DNA of 64,000 nucleotides from a virus: IMG/VR virus record IMGVR_UViG_3300026488_000011, positions 64,001 through 128,000 of that record, one strand, 5' to 3'. Shown one piece after another: positions 20,343 through 29,902 of the stretch. The notes under the pieces were generated by a model. The model did not search any database, was not told the origin of the DNA, and was given only the letters and a program-made list of their open reading frames with translations. The position numbers and the translations under genes are program-made. Numbering within the stretch: position 1 is the first letter of the stretch; each line of letters starts with the position of its first letter.

Positions 20343-22193
20343 TTTCTCTACATTTAATAAAATAGAGTTAGAAGACATATACGTACTAACTGAAATGGCA
20401 TATACTATTCTGATTTTCTTAATAGATCTTATCTCTACGTCTAGCTTATTATCCAAGTCTTCCTTCGTAAACGTGTAAAACATACTTACTTTAAAATCTG
20501 ACAACTGGGAAAACTTCAATTTGGCTTTTAGATATTTCTTTCCGTTCTTAGTAAATACTCTAAAGCTATGGATATAAACATCTGATGCGAACAATGGTCT
20601 TGGAAAACCTTGACCATATGGACCAGCAGCCCTTACGTCGAATAGATTTGTAAACAATCTTTTATTGCTGTAAATTATATCGTCTACGTAGATTGTTTCT
20701 TCTCTACTTAAATCTTCTTTACTGACTTCTTCCACGAGTAGATTAAAGAAATTTTCTAGATCAGGTTTTATTTTTACACCTACTGCTTGCTTATGTCCTC
20801 CATGTTTAATGATCACATCTGATCTACTGTATATTTTATCTAATATCTCTTTAAGATTAGCCTTATTTCCAGATAACCTACCTGAACCTATCAATACCTT
20901 TTCTCCATCCCTATCATGTTCTGTAAAACATATTACTACATTATAACCTTCCGAAAATAGAATGTTGTTAGCAATAATGCCTTGCAAGCCTTCTGTGTTT
21001 TTTATAAGAGCTACTAAGACATTATCAGTTTTGTATACTACTTTATCTTCTCTTTTTAAAGCTTCTATTTGTAGTTCTTTCCTTTTATCGTTTAGGTCTT
21101 CTATCTCGTTAAGGTAGACCTCGGAATCATCTAAGTCTTCTGCTATCATTAATTCCAAAGCAAGACTAGGGTTATCTATTCTGCCTGCTGCATTTAGTTT
21201 AGGAACTACTTCAAAGCCTAATACCACTTCATCTATGAAATAACTAGTAGTTAGATTTTCTCGCACTCTCGTCCAAAACACATCATGTTGGATAACATTG
21301 CTGTTTATATCCTTTAGAGCCTTTATTAGTATCTTTCTGTTTATATAGTCTTTTAAGCTCACCACATCGCTTACTATCGTCATACCTACATAGGTGAGTA
21401 AGTAATAATAATAGTCTACTTTGTTATCAAATTGCGTCGGATATTTTATTTCTTCTAACTCTGGATACTTTTTAACTAAATTTAAGTATGCGTATAGTAG
21501 AGAAAAATATATTACATTAGCACCAGTTATATGTTTAGACATCTTGCTATCTAGTCTCTGTGGATTGATGAAAGCATCAGCTACGGTAGATACAGTGTTA
21601 GAAATATCATAGAGATGATGGTCGGTTACTACTATTTTTATACCTAGTTTTTCCTTTAAGTATTCAAATCTCTCTCTGTCATGACTACCATGATCAGATG
21701 TTACTAATACGTCAAATGGTTTTATCTCATACATCCTAACCAACATCTCTACTATTTTATCATTAATACCGTTACCATATTCTCTTCTATTCGGAATAAC
21801 TTCAAAGTTATCCATATTAAACAGATGTTTATACATCTTATACGCTATAGCTCCAGACGTCACTCCGTCCACATCATAATCGCATACATGTATCACTCTC
21901 AAGTTTTTAGTAATTACTTCTTCCATAATGTTTGTAAACTTATCTACATCAGGTAGATTTCGTATAAAATCAGTTGTTAAGATTTTATTTAATCTAGTTT
22001 TATAATAGGGTTCTAGTTCTTCGAATTTCTCATACCTACCAGCATATATAGCTTTTACTAAATCCCTAGTTTCGTATTCACTTAACTTTAGAAACACTTC
22101 TGGATTTAACTTCCTCAATTTTATGCCTGTTTTCTCCATATCCTTAATTAGATCTTCTTTCATCATTTCCTTATCCTTTCTTTTATCTTTCAC
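20325..22193 (-). CDS. recJ: RecJ-like DHH/DHHA1 ssDNA exonuclease
   Basis: DHH-family motifs DYDVDGVTS, TSDHG, VTDHH, PKLNAAGR, GSGR and GGHKQAVG. The true start may be a slightly downstream ATG. Confidence 0.9.
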   Translation of the reverse strand: MKDKRKDKEMMKEDLIKDMEKTGIKLRKLNPEVFLKLSEYETRDLVKAIYAGRYEKFEELEPYYKTRLNKILTTDFIRNLPDVDKFTNIMEEVITKNLRVIHVCDYDVDGVTSGAIAYKMYKHLFNMDNFEVIPNRREYGNGINDKIVEMLVRMYEIKPFDVLVTSDHGSHDRERFEYLKEKLGIKIVVTDHHLYDISNTVSTVADAFINPQRLDSKMSKHITGANVIYFSLLYAYLNLVKKYPELEEIKYPTQFDNKVDYYYYLLTYVGMTIVSDVVSLKDYINRKILIKALKDINSNVIQHDVFWTRVRENLTTSYFIDEVVLGFEVVPKLNAAGRIDNPSLALELMIAEDLDDSEVYLNEIEDLNDKRKELQIEALKREDKVVYKTDNVLVALIKNTEGLQGIIANNILFSEGYNVVICFTEHDRDGEKVLIGSGRLSGNKANLKEILDKIYSRSDVIIKHGGHKQAVGVKIKPDLENFFNLLVEEVSKEDLSREETIYVDDIIYSNKRLFTNLFDVRAAGPYGQGFPRPLFASDVYIHSFRVFTKNGKKYLKAKLKFSQLSDFKVSMFYTFTKEDLDNKLDVEIRSIKKIRIVYAISVSTYMSSNSILLNVEKMLPLD

Positions 22194-22263
22194 AAAATCC
22201 TAATTTGTTATTTAATACTGGTAATCGGTCGATTTGTTGAATAAAGATTAGTAAGGAGAAGTA

Positions 22264-23481
22264 ATGAACAGATATAAAGATGTTAAATCTTTTTTTAGTT
22301 ACTGGTTAAGAGATATTAAATTTGACGAGAAACTTTTTAAAGAACTACAAAATTTTAGACTTTCATGGGCGACTAAGACTGACGAATATGTGGAGTTTTT
22401 AGGGAGTAACTTGCTAGGAGTGCATAACATTGTATTTTCTAGTCTAGACGATGATGCTCTGTTGTCTATATTTAAAATCAGTGACCTGAAAGAGTTACAA
22501 GAAGATTTTTACAAGGTAGAAGGTATTAATAAGAAATTCAAGATAGCTAGTAATGTCATTTATCATATGCTAATATATACCGCGCATAGGTTTATCACAA
22601 ATAGTAAACTTAAAAAGAACGTTCAGTATGGAGGAGCTAGAGAAGCTTGTCTAATTATGCAATATAGAATGTTTTCTAGTTTCTATTACCATTATTTTAA
22701 ATATCTAGTAGACCCAAACATAGCACAGACAGTGTATGAAAAGTTATCTCACAAATACTTGATTAAACAACTAGGAAGCTGGCAAGAAGTATTCGATTAT
22801 AGAGTAAAGAAATGTCTAGAAAAATCATCTCCATTTTACAAAAGATTAGTTAGACTAACTACTGAAGACGCTGTAAGGATAATAATCGATATACAAACTA
22901 AGCTGAGATCAAATGTCATAAGCATTTATAAAATACTAGTAGAAGTAGTTAATAATAAAGAAGCCATGAATACGGTAGATGCTACATTTACAGGGGGAGA
23001 GAATAACGAGAAACAAGTTAGAGATGTGGATAGTCTAAACAAATACGTTAACATTATGAAGCAGATAACATATTCTCCAAATGACTTTATAGATCATGAC
23101 TTAGTTACAGTAGTAGTTAGTTTGTTTCCTAATATAAAAGAAGATCTTATAACTAAGTTTCTAGTCTGCATGACCGAGGAGAGAATAAATAAACCTAAAA
23201 ATTACTATCCATTATTAGAGAAGATGATTTATATAAATCTGGAATATCTACAAAGATGGAATGTAAATATCTCAGATAGATCTACCATACCTAAAGCCTT
23301 AGTGATGGTCAGAAACTACTGGTCTAGTAGTAAGGTTAAAAATAAAGACATGGATGAAATAAAAAATTATTTAAGACGTATGGCTAAAGTATGTACAGGT
23401 AAAAGAACTAGTTGGTTAGTAAATAGTCTATCTATAGCATTTGTAACTTATGTATTTCTACGAATGCTAAAAAACGATTAA
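22264..23481 (+). CDS. Conserved phiKZ-like virion structural protein
   Basis: 405 aa. FLGSNLLGVH and LSHKYLIKQLGSW resemble a conserved phiKZ-like virion family. Confidence 0.6.
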   Translation: MNRYKDVKSFFSYWLRDIKFDEKLFKELQNFRLSWATKTDEYVEFLGSNLLGVHNIVFSSLDDDALLSIFKISDLKELQEDFYKVEGINKKFKIASNVIYHMLIYTAHRFITNSKLKKNVQYGGAREACLIMQYRMFSSFYYHYFKYLVDPNIAQTVYEKLSHKYLIKQLGSWQEVFDYRVKKCLEKSSPFYKRLVRLTTEDAVRIIIDIQTKLRSNVISIYKILVEVVNNKEAMNTVDATFTGGENNEKQVRDVDSLNKYVNIMKQITYSPNDFIDHDLVTVVVSLFPNIKEDLITKFLVCMTEERINKPKNYYPLLEKMIYINLEYLQRWNVNISDRSTIPKALVMVRNYWSSSKVKNKDMDEIKNYLRRMAKVCTGKRTSWLVNSLSIAFVTYVFLRMLKND

Positions 23482-23518
23482 TTAACTGAATTAAATAAAA
23501 AACAATTAAGGAGTTCAC

Positions 23519-23971
23519 ATGGATATGGAGAAATTTTTCCCAGAAGTTTATGATACTACAACTGAAGAAACAACTAATAAAGATGCCGATAAAGACACAA
23601 GTACAACAAACACGGATGATGCAAGCAATGAAGAAAAAGATCCGTATATTGGATTCGAAGTTAATGACGTAGATGAAGAAACAAAGAAAGAGTTTGAAGA
23701 TGCTGAAGTAGAAGAGACTAAGGATAAAAAGGGCAAGAAGAAAATTAAGATTAAAATTAAACATCCTGGAGCAATGACTGAGTATTGTAAGAAGAAAGGG
23801 TATGACGGCGTAACATGTGGTTGTTTGTGCGAAGCTATGAACGACCCTGATCCAGTATGGCATAAACGTGCAAACTTTGCTTATGTATTCGGTTTTCGTA
23901 AAAACGGTAAACAATGTGCCTGTATGGAAGAAATCTATAAAAAGAGAAAGAAAGAGAAAAATAAAAAATAG
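23519..23971 (+). CDS. Small protein with an acidic N-terminus and a basic Cys-rich C-terminus
   Basis: 150 aa; KIKHPGAMTEYC...TCGCLCEAM...WHKRANFA; SD present. Confidence 0.65.
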   Translation: MDMEKFFPEVYDTTTEETTNKDADKDTSTTNTDDASNEEKDPYIGFEVNDVDEETKKEFEDAEVEETKDKKGKKKIKIKIKHPGAMTEYCKKKGYDGVTCGCLCEAMNDPDPVWHKRANFAYVFGFRKNGKQCACMEEIYKKRKKEKNKK

Positions 23972-23983
23972 ATCAACGAGGGA

Positions 23984-25027
23984 CTATTTATCCCCGTTGA
24001 TCAAAATTCTTCTCGCGATCACTTTTAACAGGAATTCAGCTATAGTTTTCTCCTGTAATGGCGCGGATATATTCAACTCGTCATCCAGTATGTAGTAGTT
24101 TCCATCGGTCAGAGACCAAATATATTTTATGTCATCTATCTCGTGATTTCCTATCACGACACTTCCTTCCACTGCGAAAGCTTTATGCTCTTTGCCGTTT
24201 ATAACTACTACGTTTATACTTCTGCTATCGTATTCTATATCTGCTCTGTCAAAGACATACATAGAGACGCATGCGTTTAGTCCTGAGGATATGTTCTCGA
24301 CTTCTGATTCGATATTTGAAAAGATCGGAGCAGCTAATAGTTTATCGCCCAACATCCAAGCAACCATCTCGTAATTGCATTCTGATTCTATTACGTAATA
24401 CTCGCCTAAGCTTAACAATTTCGAATGACCATTTTCTACTAAATATTTCCCTAGCTCTCTAGCTAGCTTCTTATTGCTGTATGCTTCAGAAAAGTCTATA
24501 TCAGCGTCATCATCCATAAGATAAATCTTTTTAATAGATATAGCAAACTCATCAACATGTTTTATTATGTTATTTTTATTCGCCTTAACTCCGCTTACTT
24601 TAAGTATCTCTACTTCCATATCAGCGAATGTACCATAAATGGTAAAAGTTTTGCTTAACTTGGCATTTAGCGTTAAGGTTGTTTCTATTGTTTTTAGTTC
24701 GCTACTGTTTTCTGATTGGTTGTCAGATTGGGTATTCATAGGCATTCTTGACGAAGTTAGCCCGTCGCCAGCCATACGCACGTTAAACGTATCGTATGGG
24801 TAGAAAGGTTGTGGTGCTGCGTAACATGGCCCCGCTGCCGGGTTATGATGGTTTGTAAACATTGGTCCATTATAGCTCATTTGTCCACTAAATGCGTTCG
24901 GATAAAGAAATTGTGGTACTGTGTGGTAGCATCCTGACCCCAATACGAGATTACTGTAAGGCCCTGGATTCGTCGGCCCGTTATAATTCATATGTTCGAT
25001 ACCAGGTCTAAAGTTTTCTCTTTTCAT
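23984..25027 (-). CDS. Early hypothetical protein with an N-terminal P/Y/N/G-rich tandem repeat
   Basis: Start moved to ATG 25027 (SD GGAG), giving 347 aa; two copies of a repeat with a 37-aa period. Confidence 0.7.
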   Translation of the reverse strand: MKRENFRPGIEHMNYNGPTNPGPYSNLVLGSGCYHTVPQFLYPNAFSGQMSYNGPMFTNHHNPAAGPCYAAPQPFYPYDTFNVRMAGDGLTSSRMPMNTQSDNQSENSSELKTIETTLTLNAKLSKTFTIYGTFADMEVEILKVSGVKANKNNIIKHVDEFAISIKKIYLMDDDADIDFSEAYSNKKLARELGKYLVENGHSKLLSLGEYYVIESECNYEMVAWMLGDKLLAAPIFSNIESEVENISSGLNACVSMYVFDRADIEYDSRSINVVVINGKEHKAFAVEGSVVIGNHEIDDIKYIWSLTDGNYYILDDELNISAPLQEKTIAEFLLKVIARRILINGDK

Positions 25028-25050
25028 ATTCACTCCTTTTTTGGTTTAGT

Positions 25051-25069
25051 TTGTCTAGTTAGTAATATG
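25051..25069 (-). promoter_or_regulatory. Early promoter motif
   Basis: CATATTACTAACTAGACAA. Confidence 0.7.
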
Positions 25070-25188
25070 TAAGTAAAACTAAATGAATTAATCATACAGA
25101 TTGGAATAACTCCAATCTGTATGCATGCTGAATAAAATGGCAAAAGAAAAAATATTCAAATTAAAAAATAAAAAAGTAGGCGAGGAAA

Positions 25189-25326
25189 TCAAATATCAAC
25201 ATCCTCGCCTAAAATATCATCAAACCAGTCGGTCGCGATATCCGCGACATACTCGCCTGTCTTCCAGGCGATCGCAGCCGCGAAAACTGTTAGTGCGGCT
25301 AGACCGACTGTTTTAACAGCCTCCAT
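25189..25326 (-). CDS. Unannotated 45-aa membrane micro-protein MEAVKTVGLAALTVFAAAIAWKTGEYVADIATDWFDDILGEDVDI
   Basis: Open frame overlapping the upstream ORF by 14 nt. One TM helix and an acidic tail; its 3' end lies within a hairpin (TAGGCGAGGA...TCCTCGCCTA). The SD is weak. Confidence 0.55.
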   Translation of the reverse strand: MEAVKTVGLAALTVFAAAIAWKTGEYVADIATDWFDDILGEDVDI

Positions 25327-25456
25327 TTTCTTCTTTCTCTTCAACTTTTTTAGGGGATTCGTTCTTTCCCCCTTTTATTACGGCACAACCTATTGCCGTT
25401 ACTACTACTCCTACTGCAGCGCCTATTGCTGCAGATACTAAATCTAAATCTTTCAT
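25313..25456 (-). CDS. 47-aa single-TM early protein MKDLDLVSAAIGAAVGVVVTAIGCAVIKGG...
   Basis: Start moved to ATG 25456 (SD AAGGAG); exact TATATTAC upstream. Confidence 0.65.
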   Translation of the reverse strand: MKDLDLVSAAIGAAVGVVVTAIGCAVIKGGKNESPKKVEEKEENGGC

Positions 25457-25490
25457 TTTTGCTCCTTTTGTTAGTTTAGTTTTATTACAT

Positions 25491-25504
25491 CTGAGTAATA
25501 TATA
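25491..25504 (-). promoter_or_regulatory. Early promoter with exact TATATTAC
   Basis: TATATATTACTCAG matches the phiKZ early consensus TATATTAC. Confidence 0.7.
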
Positions 25505-25566
25505 AACATAATGTCTTGGAATCCAGTAATAAAACACTGTATGATAGGGTAGGAAATCCTACCCTA

Positions 25567-25794
25567 TCACATACCGAATAAGTTTTTAATAATCATACTG
25601 TCTTTAACGAAAACTAAGTAAGTTAGCAATGCCAGTACCACTAGATTTATTCCTAATGCTACCAAATCATAGAGAAGAGTTTGTCTCATATCCAAGTCAA
25701 GAATTATCTTTAGTTTATCTAACTTTGCTTTAATAGATCTTATTTCCGTAACTATCGCCAATATAGTCAAAGCCCAAATCAAGAAATATATCAT
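25567..25794 (-). CDS. Small two-TM membrane protein
   Basis: 75 aa; two hydrophobic segments; SD AAGGAG. Confidence 0.6.
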   Translation of the reverse strand: MIYFLIWALTILAIVTEIRSIKAKLDKLKIILDLDMRQTLLYDLVALGINLVVLALLTYLVFVKDSMIIKNLFGM

Positions 25795-26272
25795 AACTTT
25801 CTCCTTTTATTTCCGCGATTCTAAAATATATCTCTCTCTCAGAAATCTATTCACTTTCTAATCTTCAAGAAGCTTTATATCATCACTGGATTATACATCA
25901 AAATACTTGTCATAGTCTATTCCACTAGTCTACTTCTGTGTGATTATTTAACGATCATCTAGACGAATTATTCACTCTCTTGCGCATGCATGATAACTCT
26001 CATCTATTTCCTCTCAAGCAATATAGCCCATCGGTAAAAAACAATGACCGTTTAAACAATCTAATCACTCACTAGCACTTGCTCTAAGTTATTTCTCAAA
26101 TAATCACTAGATCAATTTCTTTTTCTTTCAACGGAAAGAAAACTTTTTCTGAAAGAAAAAGAAATTGATCTAAACAAACTCAACTGAGAGAATTCTCTCA
26201 AAAGAATTCTCTCTAACCGATAGGACATGCTAGGATCTCTACCCGATCTAGATGAAATTTACTTTCTTTTTG

Positions 26273-26314
26273 GAGTATATTATATATTCTCTTAAGAGAA
26301 TATATAATATACTC
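26273..26314. repeat. Perfect 42-bp palindrome
   Basis: GAGTATATTATATATTCTCTT|AAGAGAATATATAATATACTC. Confidence 0.95.
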
Positions 26315-26357
26315 TTTTTCTTTGTTAATTAAATAGTAACACAGATTAGTAATAGAT

Positions 26358-26411
26358 GCTATAGATACGAGTATAATATAACTAAAGTTATATTATACTC
26401 GTATCTATAGC
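26358..26411. repeat. Inverted repeat with perfect 26-bp arms and a 2-nt spacer
   Basis: GCTATAGATACGAGTATAATATAACT-aa-AGTTATATTATACTCGTATCTATAGC. Confidence 0.95.
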
Positions 26412-27010
26412 CCTATAATAATTTAACAGATTTATTTTTTCTTTTTCTTTTTTTGCTTCTTTTTTTCTTTTTCTTTTTTGCGAAATCTATTCCTTGAGAG
26501 AAATCAAGAAGACGAAAGCATATCTATCCCAGGCAAAGAAGAGGAGAAGCATAAGGCAAGGTAGTGATTAGAGTCTGGAGAAACAGTTACTTACAAGACG
26601 GAATTGAAGAAGTTCACTTTTTTTACCTTGTTCATGTTTTACTATGACGGTGGATAGAGAAGAAGCAAAAGAGTCTTATAGATCTTAAATTTCGCATGGT
26701 TTAGTTTAGCCCGCACCGCTTAGCTGCTAAGGATTTAATTATAGACATTTGCGTACCTCCTTTTGTTTGGTTTTTATTAATACTTTTTGATTTTTGATTT
26801 TGTCGGTTATTCGGATTATTCAGAGTTTAATGTAGTGCCCGATAGGAAAAGCAACATAGATTTTACTCTATCCATCGTCAATCAAGTTTCACCTCCTTTG
26901 TTTGGTTTGCATAGCGACTCTTGGTAAATGAATAGACACTAGGTATCTACCTAGTGTCTATCCGTATTTTTTGGCTTACCATGAAAAGATAAAATTTAAG
27001 GGAAATAGCG

Positions 27011-29146
27011 ATGATTTTGTTTTATGAAGATTGGGAAAAGTACCCAAATGCTATAGTGCACCTTAATACCAAGAACGAGTCGTTTATAAGGATAGCTAAA
27101 CTATTAAAACATATGGGAATAAAAAACCATGCTTTTATGTTAGCGCTACATAATCCATTATTAAAAGATATTGATCCTCATGATCCTAATCTTACTCTAG
27201 AAGAGAAATTAATGATTGGTGAGGAATGTAAAGTTAACTTTTGGTATTATATTAGAGAAGTAGCTAGAGTATCTCCTCCTGCAGGTAGCCAACCAATTCA
27301 ATTCAGAGCCAATAGAGCTAATATAGCTCTTTTCTGGCTGTTCTTTAACCATATCACATCTTATCTGATACAGCCAAGACAGACTGGTAAATCTATCTCA
27401 GTTGCTGAATTATTAGGTTGGGTAGCTGATTTAGGTACTACTAATACAGATACATCTATTCTTACTAAAGACGACAAGCTAAGAGCTAAGACATCTCTCA
27501 CTATCAGAGAGATAATCGAGATCTTACCAACGTATTTAGTATTCCTTACTAAGAAGGATGTAAAAAACTCCGAGAAGATTACAGTTAAATTCTGGAATAA
27601 TATTATAAACTTGTATGTAGGTAGAACAGATCCTAAAGCTGCTGATAACGTAGGTAGGGGTATGACAACTCCTATTGTAAACATTGATGAGTTTGCTTAT
27701 ATTCCAAATATTGATATCACATTACCAGTTATCCTGGCAGCTACTACAGCGGCTAGGGAAGTTGCTGAGCAACAAGGTGTACCGTATGGTACAATCTTTA
27801 CCACAACAGCAGGTAAGTTGAATACTAAGGAAGGTAGATTTGCCTACGATGTTTATAAGTCTGCTATGAGATGGACAGAACATCTATATGATTGTAAAAA
27901 TAGAAAAGAGTTAGAAGATGTTGTTTCCAAAAATACGAGTAAATTAGGTAAGAGAAGTTCTAGAGTAGTATTGTTAGAGTTTAACCATAGACAACTCGGG
28001 TATACGGATGCTTGGTTAAGAGAGAGAATGTCTGCAGCCTTAGCAGAAGGTGAAGATGCTGAATGTGATTACTTAAATAAGTGGTTAGCTGGTAATATGA
28101 GCTCTCCTCTTAGTAAAGAACTGTTAGAGATTATTAGAAACAGTATGGTTAAAAATCCTAATACTAAAATTACAGAATATGGGTACGTGGTAAGATGGTT
28201 TATTAGTGATAACAGAATAGGAGAATATAAAGCTGGTAAACCTATGGTGATTGCGTTAGATACATCAGATGCTGTAGGTAATGACGACATAGCTATGGTA
28301 ATCAGAGATGTGGAAACAGGTGAAGTCTTAGCAGCAGGCAATTATAACGAAACCAACTTAATCACCTTCGCTGATTTTATAGCTAACTTATTGGAAGAGT
28401 TTCCTAATTCTGTTTTGATACCAGAGAGAAGATCTTCTGCTGTAGTAATAATAGATTATCTATTAAGATTATTATTTAACAAGGGTATAAATCCATTTAA
28501 GAAAATTTTTAACTGGGTATACGACGAACCTGAAAAGTATAAAGACAAATACCCAGATGTATTTAGTAAAAAGGTACATGATTTTGAAACTATTACTGCA
28601 TTAAAGAAATATTTTGGATTCGCTACCAGCGGGACAGGTAAGACATCTAGATCGTTACTATATGGAAACGTACTAGCAGCTTCCGCTAAATATACAGGAG
28701 ATAAGACTAGAGATCCTGTCCTGATAGAACAGATTTCATCACTTACTGTTAGAAATGGTAGAATAGATCATACCGCTACTGGTAAAGACGATATGGTAAT
28801 AGCTTGGCTGTTAGGTTATTGGTTTCTTACTAATTCTAACAATAAACAACTCTACGGAATCAACCCTGATACTGTATTAAAATCATTGGTGGATATAGAG
28901 ATTATGAAAGAGGCAAATGTAGATAAAAACTACATAATTGAACAGAACAAACTAAGAAAAGAGATAGAAAACCTATTCAATATTCTTAAGAAAACAAATA
29001 ACGAATTTGTAGCTATTAAGACTCTAAACAAAATTAAACAATTAGAATCTAAATTGGATGTTAAGGTAGTCAAAAACTTTAATATAGATGCTATGTTAAG
29101 TGAGTTAAAAATTATGAAAAAAATAAGTAAGTATAGAAAGGGGTAG
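27011..29146 (+). CDS. terL: Terminase large subunit (phiKZ gp25-like)
   Basis: 711 aa. Walker A QPRQTGKS, Walker B NIDEFAY, nuclease motifs ALDTSDAVGND and DDMVIAWLL. Confidence 0.92.
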   Translation: MILFYEDWEKYPNAIVHLNTKNESFIRIAKLLKHMGIKNHAFMLALHNPLLKDIDPHDPNLTLEEKLMIGEECKVNFWYYIREVARVSPPAGSQPIQFRANRANIALFWLFFNHITSYLIQPRQTGKSISVAELLGWVADLGTTNTDTSILTKDDKLRAKTSLTIREIIEILPTYLVFLTKKDVKNSEKITVKFWNNIINLYVGRTDPKAADNVGRGMTTPIVNIDEFAYIPNIDITLPVILAATTAAREVAEQQGVPYGTIFTTTAGKLNTKEGRFAYDVYKSAMRWTEHLYDCKNRKELEDVVSKNTSKLGKRSSRVVLLEFNHRQLGYTDAWLRERMSAALAEGEDAECDYLNKWLAGNMSSPLSKELLEIIRNSMVKNPNTKITEYGYVVRWFISDNRIGEYKAGKPMVIALDTSDAVGNDDIAMVIRDVETGEVLAAGNYNETNLITFADFIANLLEEFPNSVLIPERRSSAVVIIDYLLRLLFNKGINPFKKIFNWVYDEPEKYKDKYPDVFSKKVHDFETITALKKYFGFATSGTGKTSRSLLYGNVLAASAKYTGDKTRDPVLIEQISSLTVRNGRIDHTATGKDDMVIAWLLGYWFLTNSNNKQLYGINPDTVLKSLVDIEIMKEANVDKNYIIEQNKLRKEIENLFNILKKTNNEFVAIKTLNKIKQLESKLDVKVVKNFNIDAMLSELKIMKKISKYRKG

Positions 29147-29160
29147 TAGGTCTATGCCTA

Positions 29161-29316
29161 CTACCCTCTCTTTATCTTACGTTCAGACCATACCATGTAT
29201 GCATGGAGCAGCAGGAAGGCTACTAGCCATGCTATCATAGCAACCATGTCTGAATTAGATTCTACTCCTATCAGAGTAGCTAATAAGCCTAAAACTATTA
29301 AAACTAAAATGTCCAT
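29161..29316 (-). CDS. Unannotated 51-aa two-TM protein (holin-like topology)
   Basis: SD GAGGAGG; MDILVLIVLGLLATLIGVESNSDMVAMIAWLVAFLLLHAYMVWSERKIKRG; directly downstream of the SLT gene. Confidence 0.6.
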   Translation of the reverse strand: MDILVLIVLGLLATLIGVESNSDMVAMIAWLVAFLLLHAYMVWSERKIKRG

Positions 29317-29326
29317 TTCGTCCTCC

Positions 29327-29902
29327 TCAATATCCCAGAAATTCTATACTTTTTTTCCATTTTCTAAATGCTAGTATTCTATTATATATTCTTTTAGCAT
29401 ACCAAAAATTAGGCATAGTGCCTCCATTATAACACCCCCAAATCTTTTTCCAATTCTTTCCATGTAGTTCTCTTAAATCTCTCAATTTCTTAATCGCATA
29501 AGCTAAATTGAAATCATTGTCTCTTATCAACTTCGTACGGACTTCAATCCGTCTGTATTTGTTCTTGTAGTTTAATTCATTATCTTTCATAAACCAAAAT
29601 AAGTTTATCCCCATTAAGCCGTAGTCTCCGGCCTCGTTATCTCCCCATCTGTTAAACTTACTTTCCTCCCATGCTATTGCCACACAAGTGTTCTGTAAGT
29701 CGAATTGACTACAAACTTTGTAAACCTTAGATAACCAGTAAAGTTGATCCTGAGAAAGATTCAATAATTCTTTATAATAATTCTTGAACAACACCCTATC
29801 GAATTTCACCACGCTAGGTGTGCCGATAGGTTTGTTTCTCTTGCTATAAGCATTGCTTGCTAGTAATCCTATTATGGATAAAACTAATATAATGTTTTTC
29901 AT
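29327..29902 (-). CDS. Lytic transglycosylase (SLT/GH23-like) with a Sec signal peptide
   Basis: AIAWEESKF (catalytic Glu), GLMGIN and YNGG motifs; N-terminal MKNIILVLSIIGLLASNAYS. Confidence 0.8.
   Translation of the reverse strand: MKNIILVLSIIGLLASNAYSKRNKPIGTPSVVKFDRVLFKNYYKELLNLSQDQLYWLSKVYKVCSQFDLQNTCVAIAWEESKFNRWGDNEAGDYGLMGINLFWFMKDNELNYKNKYRRIEVRTKLIRDNDFNLAYAIKKLRDLRELHGKNWKKIWGCYNGGTMPNFWYAKRIYNRILAFRKWKKSIEFLGY

Noticed and set aside
25125-25316. 63-aa plus-strand basic ORF
   Set aside because: It overlaps a hairpin and the more plausible 45-aa minus-strand membrane ORF, and has no SD.
25800-26110. Short protein-like plus-strand frames in the non-coding region
   Set aside because: Interrupted by stops and lacking a start or SD; treated as non-coding or decayed sequence.
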